From NCBI RefSeq assembly GCF_963921235.1, contig NC_086097.1, positions 28,212,001 through 28,276,000 on the forward strand: a DNA stretch of 64,000 nucleotides, given 5' to 3'. How positions within the stretch are numbered: the first letter of the stretch is position 1; each line of letters starts with the position of its first letter. Both the position numbers and the translations under genes were made by a program. Shown piece after piece: positions 11,831-25,119 of the stretch. The notes beneath the pieces are model-generated. The model had not been told where the DNA came from and searched no databases. It saw only the letters and a program-made list of their open reading frames with translations. The DNA is from Mobula hypostoma. Taxonomy: Eukaryota.

Positions 11831-12651
11831 TTGACCTTAGGGCCATGATTTCTGGTCTTGCATGTACCTCCAACCCAGGTGACTAGGGAGGGTGAAATCA
11901 CTGGCCCTTGTTAGGAGTTAACGCTGCGCTTATTCAAGATTCAAAATGCAAGATTCAAGTTTATTTATCACACGTATATTGAAACATAAAGGGAAATGTA
12001 TCATTTGTGTTAACCATCTGCTGGGGGCATCCCTCAAGTGATGCCACACATTCCAGTGGCATCATGGCATACACACAGTGCTCGTAAGTACAACTCAGAG
12101 CACAGCAAACCATAAAAGTGAGTCCTGTTCTTTCCTCCACATATACAGTCCTTTAACCGCCAGGATAGCCCTACAGCCTCCAGTGGACTTGGACTTGGGC
12201 CTGTGGACATGACACTTCGACTTCCTCTGCGGACTCACAGAGATTTGCAGACTTGGCTCCAGCCAATGGGCCTCGACTTCTGGCTTTGCAATTCAACCCT
12301 CGGGCCACTGTCCTTGGCATTGATTCCAGGACGCACCAATCACTGAACACCGGCCTCAAACTTGGGACTCACCGATAACAGGACTATGACACTAGGCCTT
12401 AATCTCAGATCTTACCAATTTGTCAATCCAGGGGGTCATTGGAACTCGTTTCTCCTGCATCCACAGAACTCCTCCAGGACCCGCTGTCATCCTGTTGACC
12501 TGGGGCCTTGTCCACTTTCTGCCGGCCTGATATCTGATGTCCAGCCACAGATGTCCCACGTCATTGTCTCTGGCCTTTGAACATGGATTAGAGACTTCGA
12601 CTCTGGGCTGATCTCTAATTTTCCCACATCACTATCCTTACTTCCCTTCTG

Positions 12652-13180
12652 AAATGCCTGCTTCGCTGCTGCTGCTACTGTGTGGTCCGAAATCTCCGGA
12701 GGGGAAGGCCTCGAGTCCTCGGCTTTGCTTGTTGCTCAGCGGCCGGGGCGGGGTCAAAGCACTCGGCAGAGATGGTGCTCGGTGTCGAAGGGCTGGTCGG
12801 AGGCTCGAAGTTTTCAGACGGACTCAGGGTCCGCTGCGGTCGAGTACTTCCAATGGTGCTGCATCGGCAAGTTTGTGGCGCTTGGAGATTCATGGCAGGG
12901 AGAGTTTCTCCCTTCTACCATCTGCGTGAGATGATGAGGCTATCGGGATTTTGAGATTTTTTTTTCCCGTGCCCATGGTCTGCTCGTTATCAAATTACGG
13001 TATTGCTTTGCACTGTTGTAACTTTATGTTATAATTATGTGGTTTTGTCAGTTTTAGTCTTGGTCTGTCCTGTGTTTCTGTGATATCTTTCTGGAGGAAC
13101 ATTGTATCATTTTTTAATGCATGCATTTCTAAATGACAATAAACGAGGACTGAGTGTCCTCATAATCTAATCTAATCTAA
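12652..13180 (+). mobile_element. Non-coding interspersed retroposon with CpG-rich body and (TCTAA)n tail
   Basis: 3' part matches the reverse complement of 20074-20400; ends AATAAA...AATCTAATCTAATCTAA. Confidence 0.7.
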
Positions 13181-15049
13181 ACCCTAACCTGACCCCTAAC
13201 TTCCCTCTCTGTCCCTAAAAGCATCCCTACGAACCTAATAAAACAGAAACAGCCAAGTCTGAGGCTTGACTCAATGGAGGTAGCAGCTCAGTACCATCTT
13301 GCACAAACGATTTATGTCAGGATTTTGTATCTGTCCAGCTTCTTTGATGGTATCCAACCCAGCCTCCCCAGCACCGTCCCCGACCCCACCATTGTACTGA
13401 TGGAATTGAGGTCAGAGGGTCAGAGATTCTGTCTACTGACTCCCGATTCCCACCTTCAGCTTGGCCATTCTACATTTCACTTAATAGTCATGGTATAGGT
13501 AATTCTTACGCTCCTAGCCCAATGCATAGCGGTTAGCACAATCGCTTTACGGTGGCAACGATCGCTGATAGGTGTTCAATTTCCTCCACTCGCTGTAAAG
13601 AGTTTGTGTGTTCTCACCACAATTGCATGGGTTTCCTCCGGGTGTTCCGGTTCTTCTGGAGATATATGGCTAAGGTTAGCATTAGTAAGTTGTAGACTTG
13701 CTATGTTGGCGCCCAAAGCATGGTGACACTTCCAGGTTGCCCCCAGCACAATCCTTGCTGATTTGATTTGGTGCAATTGACATATTTCACTGTATGTTTC
13801 AATGTAAAACCAAGCTAATCTTTGTCTCTTTTATGCTTCTTCTGCCAACTTTGCCTCACCCTCTTCCTTATCCACCCCCCAAATGCAGATGGACTTCATA
13901 ACTCCACGACTAGTCCACCTTCACCAGACCTTCAGGAGATTCACACAACTCCTACCCACAGTAGACTGACACACCCACACAACATCTGCAGTTCTGTAGA
14001 CCCTTAACCTTTGATAAAACATTTCAAAGATCACAATCAATCCAAATTTTGTACAAAATCACCAGAAAAAAATTAAGGATGAGATAGATTTTAAAGGGCA
14101 TCTTGAAGAACAAGACAGGTTTATGGAATTTTGTTCTGGCATGCTATGTCAGTGTCAGAATGTGTGGTGACACTTGTGGGCTGCCCCCTGCACCTGCTTA
14201 GGTTCGGTTGGTTATTAACACAAATGATGAGTTTCATTGTATGTTTTAATGTACCTATGATAAATAAATGAATGATTTCCAAAGTTCAGGAGTTTGGTAT
14301 CTGAAGGGTTGCCTGCCAATGGTGGACACTTAATTTTGTGCTTTACAGGAAAAAATATGGGCACGGATAGCTCAGATTTGTCAGTTTATGGGGGAGGTCA
14401 GAGCAGACAGCTGCAATAGAAAGATTAGTGTCACAAGAGATGGCAATGGAAGTTTTGTTTCTAACTAGGAATGGGTAGGAATCTACCTAAGAAGGCAGCA
14501 GCTATCATCAAAATCCCTACCATCCGAGGCATGCCATCTCTTCACTGCTGCAAATGGGCAGGATGTACAGAAGACTGAAGTCCCACACAACCAGGTTCAA
14601 GAGCAGCTCCTTCCCTTCAACCTTGGAACAGCAGGAGTGGTGAATGCGGGTTCAATTACAACATTTAAGAGAAATTTAAATAGGTACATGGATAGGAGGG
14701 GTATGGACGGCTATGATCCAGGTGCGGGTCGATGGGACGAGCAGAATAATATTTCGGCATGGACTAGATGGGCTGAAAGGCTTGTTTCTCTGCTGTAGTG
14801 CTCAATGTTCTATGCTTTGTGTAGAGCTGCTGACGTGCCTTCTTCATGCTTGCATCAATGGGCGAATAGTTTGTCTGTGGTTACAATTGTGGTACACACC
14901 TAGGCCCATACAGAAACCGCACTAAAATAATATCTGCCCCTTTTCAACTTGCAATTGCAAACATGTTTGCTCTGTTTTGATAATGTGTATAACTGGATGG
15001 AAGTAGGTTGGATTCAAGACTTGATGCCATATTTTTCTATCCTGAGCAG

Positions 15050-15310
15050 GTGACCGAGGGATCAAGCATTTGTTCATCAAAGACCAGCTACTGAAAGCTT
15101 CCCTCTCATTGTCTCATGCAAAGTCTGTGCTCATAACCACTGGATTTCCAACCCACTTTAATCAGCAACCCCCAGAGGAGACGGATGGTCCTCCCGGAGC
15201 CATTGCCATGGCAGCCATGCTGCAGGCCCAGAAGAAGGGCGTCGTCATAGTAACAGATCAAAGAGCCTTAGAGATGAACAAGAAGGTCATTGAAGAGGCT
15301 GTTGAGCAAG
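15050..15310 (+). CDS. DGLUCY: D-glutamate cyclase exon (GDRGIKHLF...VLITTGFP...ETDGPPGA...AVEQ)
   Basis: CAG acceptor at 15047-15049, G|GTGCTT donor; TGF and ETDGPPG motifs of the DUF4392-type C-terminal domain. Confidence 0.95.
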
Positions 15311-16207
15311 GTGCTTTGTTTTCTCTCTTATAAAAATTGCCAGAAAGTGAAGATTGATGATTATCAGCGCATTCTAACACACTGATTCCCGCTGAATGCT
15401 AACCTAAGTAGACAGATATAATTGCACATTTAAGAAGTATTCAGATGATCATTGAATCGCCAAGGCAGAGAAGGTCCTGGATCTACTAAGGGCAAATGGA
15501 ATTAGTATGGAGAGGTACAGTGATCAGCATGGACATGGTGGGGTAAAAGGCCCATTTCTGTGGGAAACAAAGAAAAGGAGACTATTTCATAGAGCTGCGG
15601 ATGATGTACATATCAAATAGTCTTTTCTCTTTTAATCCCTCCATTAGTCCCCATTTGTCTGACTTTAAAGAAATAGTACAGGTGTGTGCATTGAGTGGTC
15701 TGGGATGGTCTTAGCCTCCTTCAAAGTCCTAGATAAAGTGGATAGGGAGGGGATGTTTCCAATGGTGAGAAAATCTAGGACCAGAGGGCACAGTTTCAAA
15801 ATAGAGGGATGTCCCTTTACAACAGAGATGAGGAGGAATTTCTGTAGCTAGAAGGTGGCAATACTGTGTAATTATCGTCACAGATGACTATGGAGGCCAA
15901 ATCAATGGTTATATTTAAAGCAAGGGTTCTTGATTAGTAATGGCATCAGGGTCTTGGGAAAAAGCCAGGAGACTGACATTGAGAGAGAAAATAAATCAGC
16001 CATGATTTATGGACAGTCTCGAGGCCTGATAGCCCAATTCTGCTCCTCTGTCGTATGGTCTTAGAGCCTTTTTCTGTGCTTTATCAACTATCTTTTTCCA
16101 GTTATCATTCCCATCAATTGTCCTGAAGGAATGAAGTGACAGAGATTGTCATCTGCCCTTCACAAACAAATCCCTTACCGGCAATCGTGGAAGTAAAGTC
16201 TCTCTTT

Positions 16208-16345
16208 GACACACAGAAAGATACACAGACAGGACTTAGAGACACAGATACACACACAGAAAGGCACGCAAGTGTGTAAGGACACACAGACCTGTGCACA
16301 CACACAGAAAGGCATAGAAACACACACACACAGAGAAAGGCATAG

Positions 16346-16386
<41 letters not shown>

Positions 16387-16490
16387 TATACACAAAGAAA
16401 CACAGACAAACAGAGTGCGTGTGTATGTGAGAGAGTGAGAGAGAGAGAGAGAGAGAGAGTGAATCAGACATAGAAATACACACAAACACT
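16208..16490. repeat. (CA)n/(GA)n microsatellite cluster
   Basis: Pure CA run at about 16348-16382 and GA run at about 16428-16458, within a degenerate CA-rich tract. Confidence 0.9.
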
Positions 16491-16743
16491 GATGCTTAAA
16501 CCAAAGGGGCATGAATGGGTTGGGGGATAAGTTTGCTGCAGAATTAATTACTTTAATTCCAGGTTTAACTAATTATTGAATTTAAATTTCCGCCTTTATG
16601 GGATTTGAACTCGTGCCTTTAGCTCAGTGGTGTAAATGTTGGTTGTTCCTGCAATAATATAGCCACTGTGACAAATATTTTGTGTGTTTCCAATATTTAT
16701 AGTTTCCCTTCTCTTTGCACCTATCTTCTCTGTCCCCTCTTAG

Positions 16744-16843
16744 GAGTAATGCAAGCCCCCGTGCCTGTTGTCAGCTACCAGGACGATAGTGATGAATCAC
16801 CCCTGATGTTCCTGTGCCATGATGGCAACCCCCGGTTTCCAAG
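16744..16843 (+). CDS. DGLUCY: D-glutamate cyclase exon (VMQAPVPVVSYQ...FLCHDGNPRFP), GC donor
   Basis: CTCTTAG acceptor; AG|GCAAGT donor gives the phase-2 join to G-TTT-GAC (PRFDHL). Confidence 0.88.
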
Positions 16844-17084
16844 GCAAGTTCTGACCGAGCTACCACAACACCGGCAACTGGCGTTCAATTCTGGCCTCTG
16901 TCTGTAAGGAGTTTGTATGTTCTCCTTGTGACCACTTGGGTTTCCTCTGGGTGCTCTGGTTTCTTCCCACATTTCAAAAGACACACAGGTTAGTAGGCTA
17001 ATTGGTCACGTGGGTGTAATTAGGCAGTGAGGGCTGGTTGAGCCAGAGAGGCCTGTTACCGTGCTGTATCTCTACCTCATTAAA

Positions 17085-17475
17085 CTATAACCATATAACC
17101 ATATTAGAATTACAGCACGGAAACAGGCTATCTCGGCCCTTCTAGTTTGTGCCAAACTCTTACTCTCACCTAGTCCCACCGACCTGCACTCAGCCCATAA
17201 CCCTCCATTCCTTTCCTGTCCATATATCTGTCCAGTTTAACTTTAAATGACAACATCAAACCTGCCTCAACCCCTTCTGCTGGAAGCTCGTTCTACACAG
17301 CTACCACTCTCTGAGGAAAGAAGTTCCCCCTTGTGTTACCCCTAAACTTTTGCCCTTTAACTCTCAACTCATGTCCTCTTGTTTGAATCTCCCCCACTCT
17401 CAATGGAAAAAGCCTATCCACATCAACTCCGTCTATCCCCCTCATAATTTTAAATACCTCTATCAAGTTCCCCCC
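17085..17475 (-). mobile_element. CR1 LINE 3' fragment
   Basis: NLIEVFKIMRGIDGVD..LFP....TRGH.L........FF.QRVV motif. Confidence 0.8.
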
Positions 17476-19271
17476 ACTATAAACTACAAACATGGGTTAG
17501 GAGTCAACTGCGTCGTGTATCGATAAAATTAGAGTCGCTCAGCAGTGAGACCTCAGCAATAAGCCCAGCAGACTGCTTACAATAAGACATCAACAGGAAG
17601 TTGCAGAGGTGGGGACAATTCCAGTGTATAAAGGACACTGGGACAGGTGCATGGTTGGAACAAGTTTAGAGAGATATGTGCCAAACCCAGGCACGTAGAA
17701 CCAGCTCAGAATGGCATGGATAAGTTGGGACAAAGGGCCTGTTCCTGTACTGTATAACTCTTATGACTCCAGCACTGCGGATGAATTTGTAAATTGGTTT
17801 ATTGTTGTCACATGTACCGAGGTCGTCCATGCAGACCGTTTCATTACGACAGTGCATTGAGTTAGGGAAGGGAGGAGAAGAGCAGAATACAGAATGAAGT
17901 ACTACAGCTTCAGAGAAAGTGCAGTGCAGGCAGATAATAAACTGCAAGGCACAATGAGGTAGATTATCATGAGGTAGAGGTCGAGAGTCCTTTTATCATA
18001 TTAGGGTACCATTCAATAATCTTGTAACGGTGGGATTGAAGCTATCCTTGAACCTGTTGGTACGTGCTTTTTGGAATTTCTATCTTCTGCTCGATGGAAG
18101 GGGGGTAAAAGAGAGTGTGTGTCTGGGGTGGCTGGGTTGCTTTACTAAGGCAACGGGAAGTATATAGAGAATTTATGGAGGGGAGGCTGGTTTCTCTGAT
18201 GTGCTGAGGTGTGTCCACAACTCGCTGCAGCTATTTGTGGCCTCGATCAGAGCGGTTGCCATACCAAACTGGTAGGGATGGGGCTGTTGGTCCCTGTATA
18301 ACAGGACATCAACCAAAAGAGGGTTCTGTGTGCAATGGGGCACAATTAATAAGCAGGTGGATATCTTTCTGGGTAGCCTCCAACCTAATAGTACGAACAT
18401 TGATTACTCGAACTTATGGTTAATTTTTCTCCCTCCCCCTTCTCTCTTTTTCGATTCACCATTCTGGCTCCTCTCTTACCCCTTCTCTTCTTCTCACCTG
18501 CCCATCACTTGCCCCCAGTTCCCCTCTTCCTTCCCTTTCATCCATGGTCCACTGACCCCTCCTGTCAGATTCCTTCTTCTGCAGCCCTTTGCTTCTTCCA
18601 CCTATCCCATTCCAGATTTTTACTGCATCCCCTCCTTGTCCACCCACCCCCAACCTGCTCTTACCTACCACCTGCCATTTTGTACACCTTCCACTCTCCT
18701 CGCCCCCCCCCCCACCGCACACCACACCTTCTTATTCTGGCTTCTGTCTCCTTTATGATAAAGAGTGTTGGTCCAAAATGCTGCCTGACCTGCTGAGCTC
18801 TTCCAGCATTTTGTGTGTGTTGCTCTGGAATGGCAGGACGCCTGACTAACAGGACATTAACCAAACTAGGGTTCTGTGTGAATGGGACACTATTAATAAA
18901 CAGATGATAGGGCAGGGTCCCTGCACAATAGGACAAACGAGGTTCCTTGTACAATGGGGTGCCATCAGTAAAAGGAATGGAGGGGTTCCCATACTACAGG
19001 ATATATGATCTTTGTACCATGATTCATCACCCACAATTTACACTCAGTAACTGTTCCTTCTCCTCCTGCCCCCTCCTTTTTTTTCTAGCTGCTTCCCTTC
19101 TTTACCGGTCTTGATGAAGGGTCTCAGCCTGAAACGTCAGCTCTTTATTCCTTCCCATTGTTGCCTGACCTGCTGAGTTCCTCCAGCATTTTCTGTGTGT
19201 TACTCGGTATTCCCAGCCCCTTCAGAATCTCCGGTGATTTTTTCTTTGCAATTTTGTTTGCCCGCGGATAG

Positions 19272-19420
19272 GTTTGACCATCTTGTGGCCATCGAGCGTG
19301 CAGGCATGGCTGCCGATGGCAACTACTACAATATGAGGAAAGTGAACATCAAGCACTTGGTGGACCCCATTGACAAACTGTTCTTGGCAGTCAAAAACAT
19401 CCCAGGGATAGTCACAACCG
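19272..19420 (+). CDS. DGLUCY: D-glutamate cyclase exon ([23 protein letters not shown]...IVTT)
   Basis: TAG acceptor at 19269-19271, G|GTAAGT donor; IERAG..ADG.YYNM motif. Confidence 0.95.
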
Positions 19421-20073
19421 GTAAGTGTTTGTCCTTGGGTTCTGGCTAGCCATCATTCTGTAGGGTGTAGACCAACCTCAGGAGGGTAGGATGGATCTCG
19501 TTATTTATCTGCTGTGGGGTGTCATAGTAGTAGTGGTTACGTAACAGCTCCAGCAACCCTGGTTCAATTCTGCCACCGTCTGTAAAGAGTTTCTACGTTC
19601 TATCCATAACTGCGTGGGTTTCTTCTGAGTTCCCCAGTTTCCTCCCTCATTCCGAAGGCTTGCGGGTTAGTAGGTTAATCGGTCCCATAAGCGTAATTGG
19701 ATGGAGCAGGCTTGTTGGGCTGGAAGGACCTGCCCCCGTGCTGTTTCTCTGAATAAAATAAATCAAGATTAAAAAGTGGCTTGAACACAATGGGCTAAAT
19801 TCTCTCTGGTTCTGCCCTTCAGTGAGCGCTACAAAGCTGGGGTCTGGGGCAAAGGATATATAGAAGTGGGTTGGAATACTAGCTGCTGGTCTGAGTGGGT
19901 GAGGCCAAAATGAGATTGTGGAAGCCCAACACCAACCTGGTGCAAGCTGTTTGCTTGAAGAGGCTGCTGGTCACCGGACTCGTTACTCAAGTTCAAGTTT
20001 AATTCTCATAGGCATACATAGAACAGGTATAATTGCCTTGAAAAGTAGCCTCTTGCAGCAGCAGCACAGTACA

Positions 20074-20700
20074 TTAGATTATGAAGACACGCAGTCCTCT
20101 TTTATTGTCATTTAGTAATGCATGCATTAAGAAATGATACAATATTCCTCCGGTGTGATATCACAAAACACAGGACAGACCAAGACTGAAAAAACTGACA
20201 AAACTACATAATTGTAACATATAGTTACAACAGTGCACAATACCATAACTTGATGAAGAAAGTCCATGAGCACAGTAAAAGTTCAAAGTTTCTCAAATGT
20301 CCCACATCTCACGTAGACGGGAGAAGGAAGAAAAACTCTCCCTGCCATGCCAACCACAATCTGACTCTGAGTCATCCGAAAACTTTGAGCTCTGATCAGC
20401 TCTCCGACACCAAGTACTGAGCGCCATCTCTGTCCGAACGATTCGACCTCCTTCTTGGTTGCCAAAAGCAGGCAAGGCCAGGGATTTTGAGGCCTACCCT
20501 CCGAAAGATTCCCAACCACACAGTAACGACAGCAGTGAACGAGCGTTTCAGAAATTTCTCCAGATGTTCCTCTGTGCTTTCGTGTCCATTCTCCATCAAA
20601 TCAGAATTGTCCACGGCCCCTATTTAACAGGTACAATATCATTTTTCACCGGAGGGCTGTGCACACGCAGGCGTGCCGCCATCTTCTCCTCCCGCCTTAT
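20074..20700 (-). mobile_element. Second copy of the non-coding (TCTAA)-tailed retroposon
   Basis: Shares its 3' region with 12652-13180; 5' end carries AAGATGGCGGC. Confidence 0.65.
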
Positions 20701-23700
20701 CAAAGTACAGGCATGGTAAACATGTTAAGTCAGCCATGATGGAATAGCAGAGCAGTTCGATGGGTTGAATGGCCTAATTCTGATCCCATGTTTTATGGTC
20801 TTATGGTTAACATCAACTTAAATTAACATAAATTATGCATAACTTAACATGTTGAACATAAAGACACTAGTGCAAACTGAGAGAGAGAAAACCTGAAATC
20901 TAGTCTAAGCAGAGTTAAGGCTTTCCAAGTTGGTTCAAGAACCTGACGGCCGTGAAGAAAAAGCTGTTGTTGAGCTTTCAGGTGTGGGTCTTCAGGCTCC
21001 CGTACCTCCTGCCTGATGGCAGTGTCAAGAAGACCATTAGGCATAGGTGCAATATTGGGTCATTCAGCTCGAGTCTGCTCCGCCATTCAATCATGGATGA
21101 TTTGTGCAATGAATTCCAAAAATTCACCACTCTCTGGCTAAAGAAATTCTTCCTCATCTCTGTTTTAAAGGGATGTCCTTCTATTCTGAGGCTGTGCACT
21201 CTAGTCCTAGACTCCCCCACTACTGGAAATACCATCTTCTCCCCCACTCTATCTAGGCCTTTCAATGTTTGGTAGGTTTCAATAACATCCTCCCTCTTCA
21301 GTCTGTGTTCCTCTTAATAAGCCTGGGATGTATTAATTCCCCAGCCCCTAGCTTGAAGCTTCTCTTGCCAATTCGCCCACTTCGCTCTCAGTAGTGGGAA
21401 TCAGAACTATGATCTTATGATTGGCGATCTCTGCAAACCCTCAGAACTACGTTTCTCCAACTGCAGCACATCCTATCGTACTCATTCATCGTTATATGGT
21501 ACAGACAGTGAAATCCCCCGTGAACCCTCCAACTCTGCGGAACACCCTTCCTGTCGGTTTGACTTACGATGGATATTCATTTCCTAGACCTGTTGCTCAT
21601 GTTTGCTAAGCTCACTTTCTAAACACAGCCACTGCCACTTGTAAGATCAAACAGATGTTAGTAAACTTACAACTAATATTTCTTTGTTTAGTTTTTGGTC
21701 GAAAACAGGAGTCAGTCTTCAGTTCTTAAAATGTAAATGGAAAGCAGCAATCAGCTTGATGTTAAAATACAGTTTTGCAAAAAAGCTCTGTATATAGCAG
21801 ACATCCTGTAGAAAGCAAGTGATAGCTCATAGCATCCTGTCTTGCTGCTTAAGAATGCAGTATAAGACAATGCATTTGTTTAATTTGGCTTGTTTCAAAT
21901 CAAAGAAAGCTGACTAATTTGCTTAGTTCAAGGAAGCATATCAAATAACTGATGTGTTTATAGTTGGGAGTTTTATGTACTCAAGGAAGTTTGCTTCACA
22001 GCATTAATGGTAGGAGCTGAAAACTGTCTCCAAGATGCTTTTAGCAACACACACGAAATGCTGGAGGAGCTCAGCAGGTCAGGGTGCCTCGATGAAAAGG
22101 AATAAACAGTCAGTGTTTCAGCACTTCTTCTTCAGGACTGGAAAGGAAAGAAATTGCTAGAATAAAAAGGTGAGGGAAGGGGAAGGAGGATAGCTAGAGG
22201 GTGATAGGTGAAGCCAGGTGGGTGGGAAAGGAAGAAAGCTGGAGAAGGTGGAATCTGATAGAAAAGAAGAGATGTCCATGGGAGACAGGGAAGAAGGAGA
22301 TGCACCGGGGGAGGTGACCAATTGTGTAAAAAAGGGTATCATATGTGTGAACTTAGCCAAGTGGCAGAAGAAGTATGTAAATGTTGAAACCATTTCAGAC
22401 TTCTTAGGAGGAATGGGGTAAAGAACATCAAGAAGCCATGAAAGAAGCACAGTTTCTGCAAAAAGAATGATTCATTTGTCTGCATTGTTGGTACCTCTTT
22501 AGTGTTTATAGGAATTGTACCTTTGTTTAGAAATCTTTTCTACTTTGTATTTTAGAAATGCTTTGTGGTTTAGAAATGGTTTGTAATTTGAAAATATTTA
22601 AGATAGAAATCCTTTTTTGAATGTGTTTTAGGAATTGTTGTTTGAATTTCAATGTGTATCACTGAAAATAACTGAACTGTCTTTTAAACTACTTTGTAGA
22701 TGGAAATATCTTCTCCTTGGCAGGGAGAGAGGACCCACTGCCCAAACAGGGGGTTTTGGCAGCCAAACACACTGTGGAGAATAAACATGAAGTAAATTAG
22801 TCTATGAAGATGGGGTAATTACAGTATAACCTTCCTCCAGTGGCTATTTGTATCTGAGAGGGCTTAAGGTCTTTGTCTGAGTTTGAGTTTAGAACTGTGC
22901 AGTCAGCAAACCCAATTATCATTACAAGCTTTGATCTCCTGCTCCAACATCAGTTTCTGTGTCTTAGTGTCAAAGACATTTGTTCTTCCTGCCACTGTCT
23001 GTAAAGAGTTTGTATGTTTTCCCTGTGGTCATTTGAGCTTCCTCCAGGTGCTCCAGTTTCCTTCCACATTCCAAAGACATATGGGTTAGAGTTAGTAAGT
23101 TGTGGGAATGCCATGGCGACATTTGTGGGCTGCGCCCAATATATTTTTGGTCTGTGTTGGTCATTCACTTTATGCTTCAATGTGCTTATGATAAATAGGG
23201 CTACTCTTTAATCTTTAATAAAGCACCTTGGGACCCTTTACTGCTGAGGAGAGTTTATAAATGCTGAAGAAGGGTTGCGGCCTGAAACATGAATTGTTTA
23301 TTCCTCTCCATAGATGCTGCCTGACCTGCTGAGTTCATCCAGCATTTTGTGGGTGTTACTTTGGATTTTTAGCATCTGCAGAATCTCTTGTGTTTATAAA
23401 TGCAAGTTCCTAAAGCATAAAAAACACAAATTGGCCGAGATCCCACCTCTATGGGATGTTTCTCAGATTAGACCCACATTACAGATGGACTCCATATGAA
23501 ATCATTTAGTGATTTAGTCTCTTGATCTTTACCTCTTCCTCCTTTAACATGTTTCCGAAAATCCCATGAACTTTCCCATAGCATGCCAATTCCGGCAAAT
23601 GGATCCACCCTATCATTTTCTTCAGTTTTTCCATTATTTCTCATGGATATTTTAAATCTTAGTAAGAGTTCTTGAAGATGTTTTCTATTTCAGAAGGTCT

Positions 23701-24526
23701 CCTTCACATTAATAATAGTATTCAGCCTAAAAACTTAAGTAAATGTTAGTTTCCCTATAATAGTTATTTTCTATACAAATCTTTGTTTATGCATTGTTTT
23801 TCATAATTTCTTTTGCATTTGTTTATTTTCCTTTAAATGCCTGCAAGAAAATGAAACTCAAAGTAATATATGGTAAGACCATAAGATATAGGAGCAGAAT
23901 TAGGCCGTTCAGCCCATTGAGTCTGCTCCGCCATTCAATCATGGCTGATCTTTTTTTCTCCTCCTCAACCCCATTCCCCAGCCTCCTCCCTGTAACCTTT
24001 GTGTCCAATCAAGAATCTATCAATCTCTGCCTTAAATACAACCAATGACCTGGCATAGAAGTGATACGTGTCAGTTTCCAAAGCAACTCTCTTTAAGTGG
24101 CTTCTGGTGGTGAAACTAACAGTCTGAGTGATGTCTGATTACACTGGGGCTAGTTCCCAATCAAAATCTACTGATGCAGGCTGTGTAATGTAAACAGTGT
24201 TCCCTAATTCATTGATCTTGTATCTAATTTACATTATGGCAACACATGTTATATCAGACAACCTGCGATTATACAACCACCTTGCTGCACCGTTTAGAGC
24301 AAATGCCTGCTTTCATTTCTACTCTATCCAAGGAACTGCGTGTACTATTTCTCCAAGAAATATTGTAGTTTAAAAACTATAGTATAGTATAATAAAAAAA
24401 ATACAGTGCAATTAAACTCTGTTGGAGTACGAAAACAGAAAATGTTGAAAACACTCGTCAGAGGGAGGGAAGGAAACAAAAGAAGCTCATGCCTTATTAC
24501 TTTCTGTGGAACTTAGCTGATAATTA

Positions 24527-24823
24527 ACAATAGGCGTCCGTCATGAGACCATGGATTTGCATCTTGGAAGGTTTCCCGGGTGCAGGCCTGGGCAAGGTTG
24601 TATGGAAGACCGGCAGTTGCCCATGCTGCAAGTCTCCCCTCTCCACGCCACCGATGTTGTCCAAGGGAAGGGCATTAGGACCCATACAGATTGGCACTGG
24701 TGTCGTCGCAGAGCAGTGTGTGGTTAAGTGCCTTGCTCAAGGACACACACGCTGCCTCAGCCAAGGCTCGAACTAGCGACCTTCAAATCACCAAACGCCT
24801 TAACCACTTGGCCATGTGCCAAC
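24527..24823 (-). mobile_element. tRNA-derived SINE
   Basis: Minus-strand head TGGCCAAGTGG (A box) ... GTTCGAGCC (B box), followed by GTGTCCTTGAGCAAGGCACTTAACC. Confidence 0.75.
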
Positions 24824-25119
24824 TTTGCTGAATGCCTTACTAAAGGCCATAAACATCACATCCACCGCTCTACTTTCATCAGTTTGTCTTGTCCCCTCCT
24901 AGAAAATCTCAGTCAGGCTCGAGAGGCACAAACTTCCCCTCACAAAGCTATACTGTTTTCAGTAATAAGAATATGCTTCTGCAAATATTCATAATTCCTG
25001 TCTCTAATCTTCTCCATTAGTATGTCTACCACTGACGTAAAACTCACTGATCTATACAAATAATCTCCTCTTGGACTTCCAACTGGGTATGGGTATCGAT
25101 TTGAATTGACAAACTCTGC

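Noticed and set aside
24740..24823. tRNA gene
   Set aside because: A and B boxes are present but no full cloverleaf is evident, and it continues into a SINE body.
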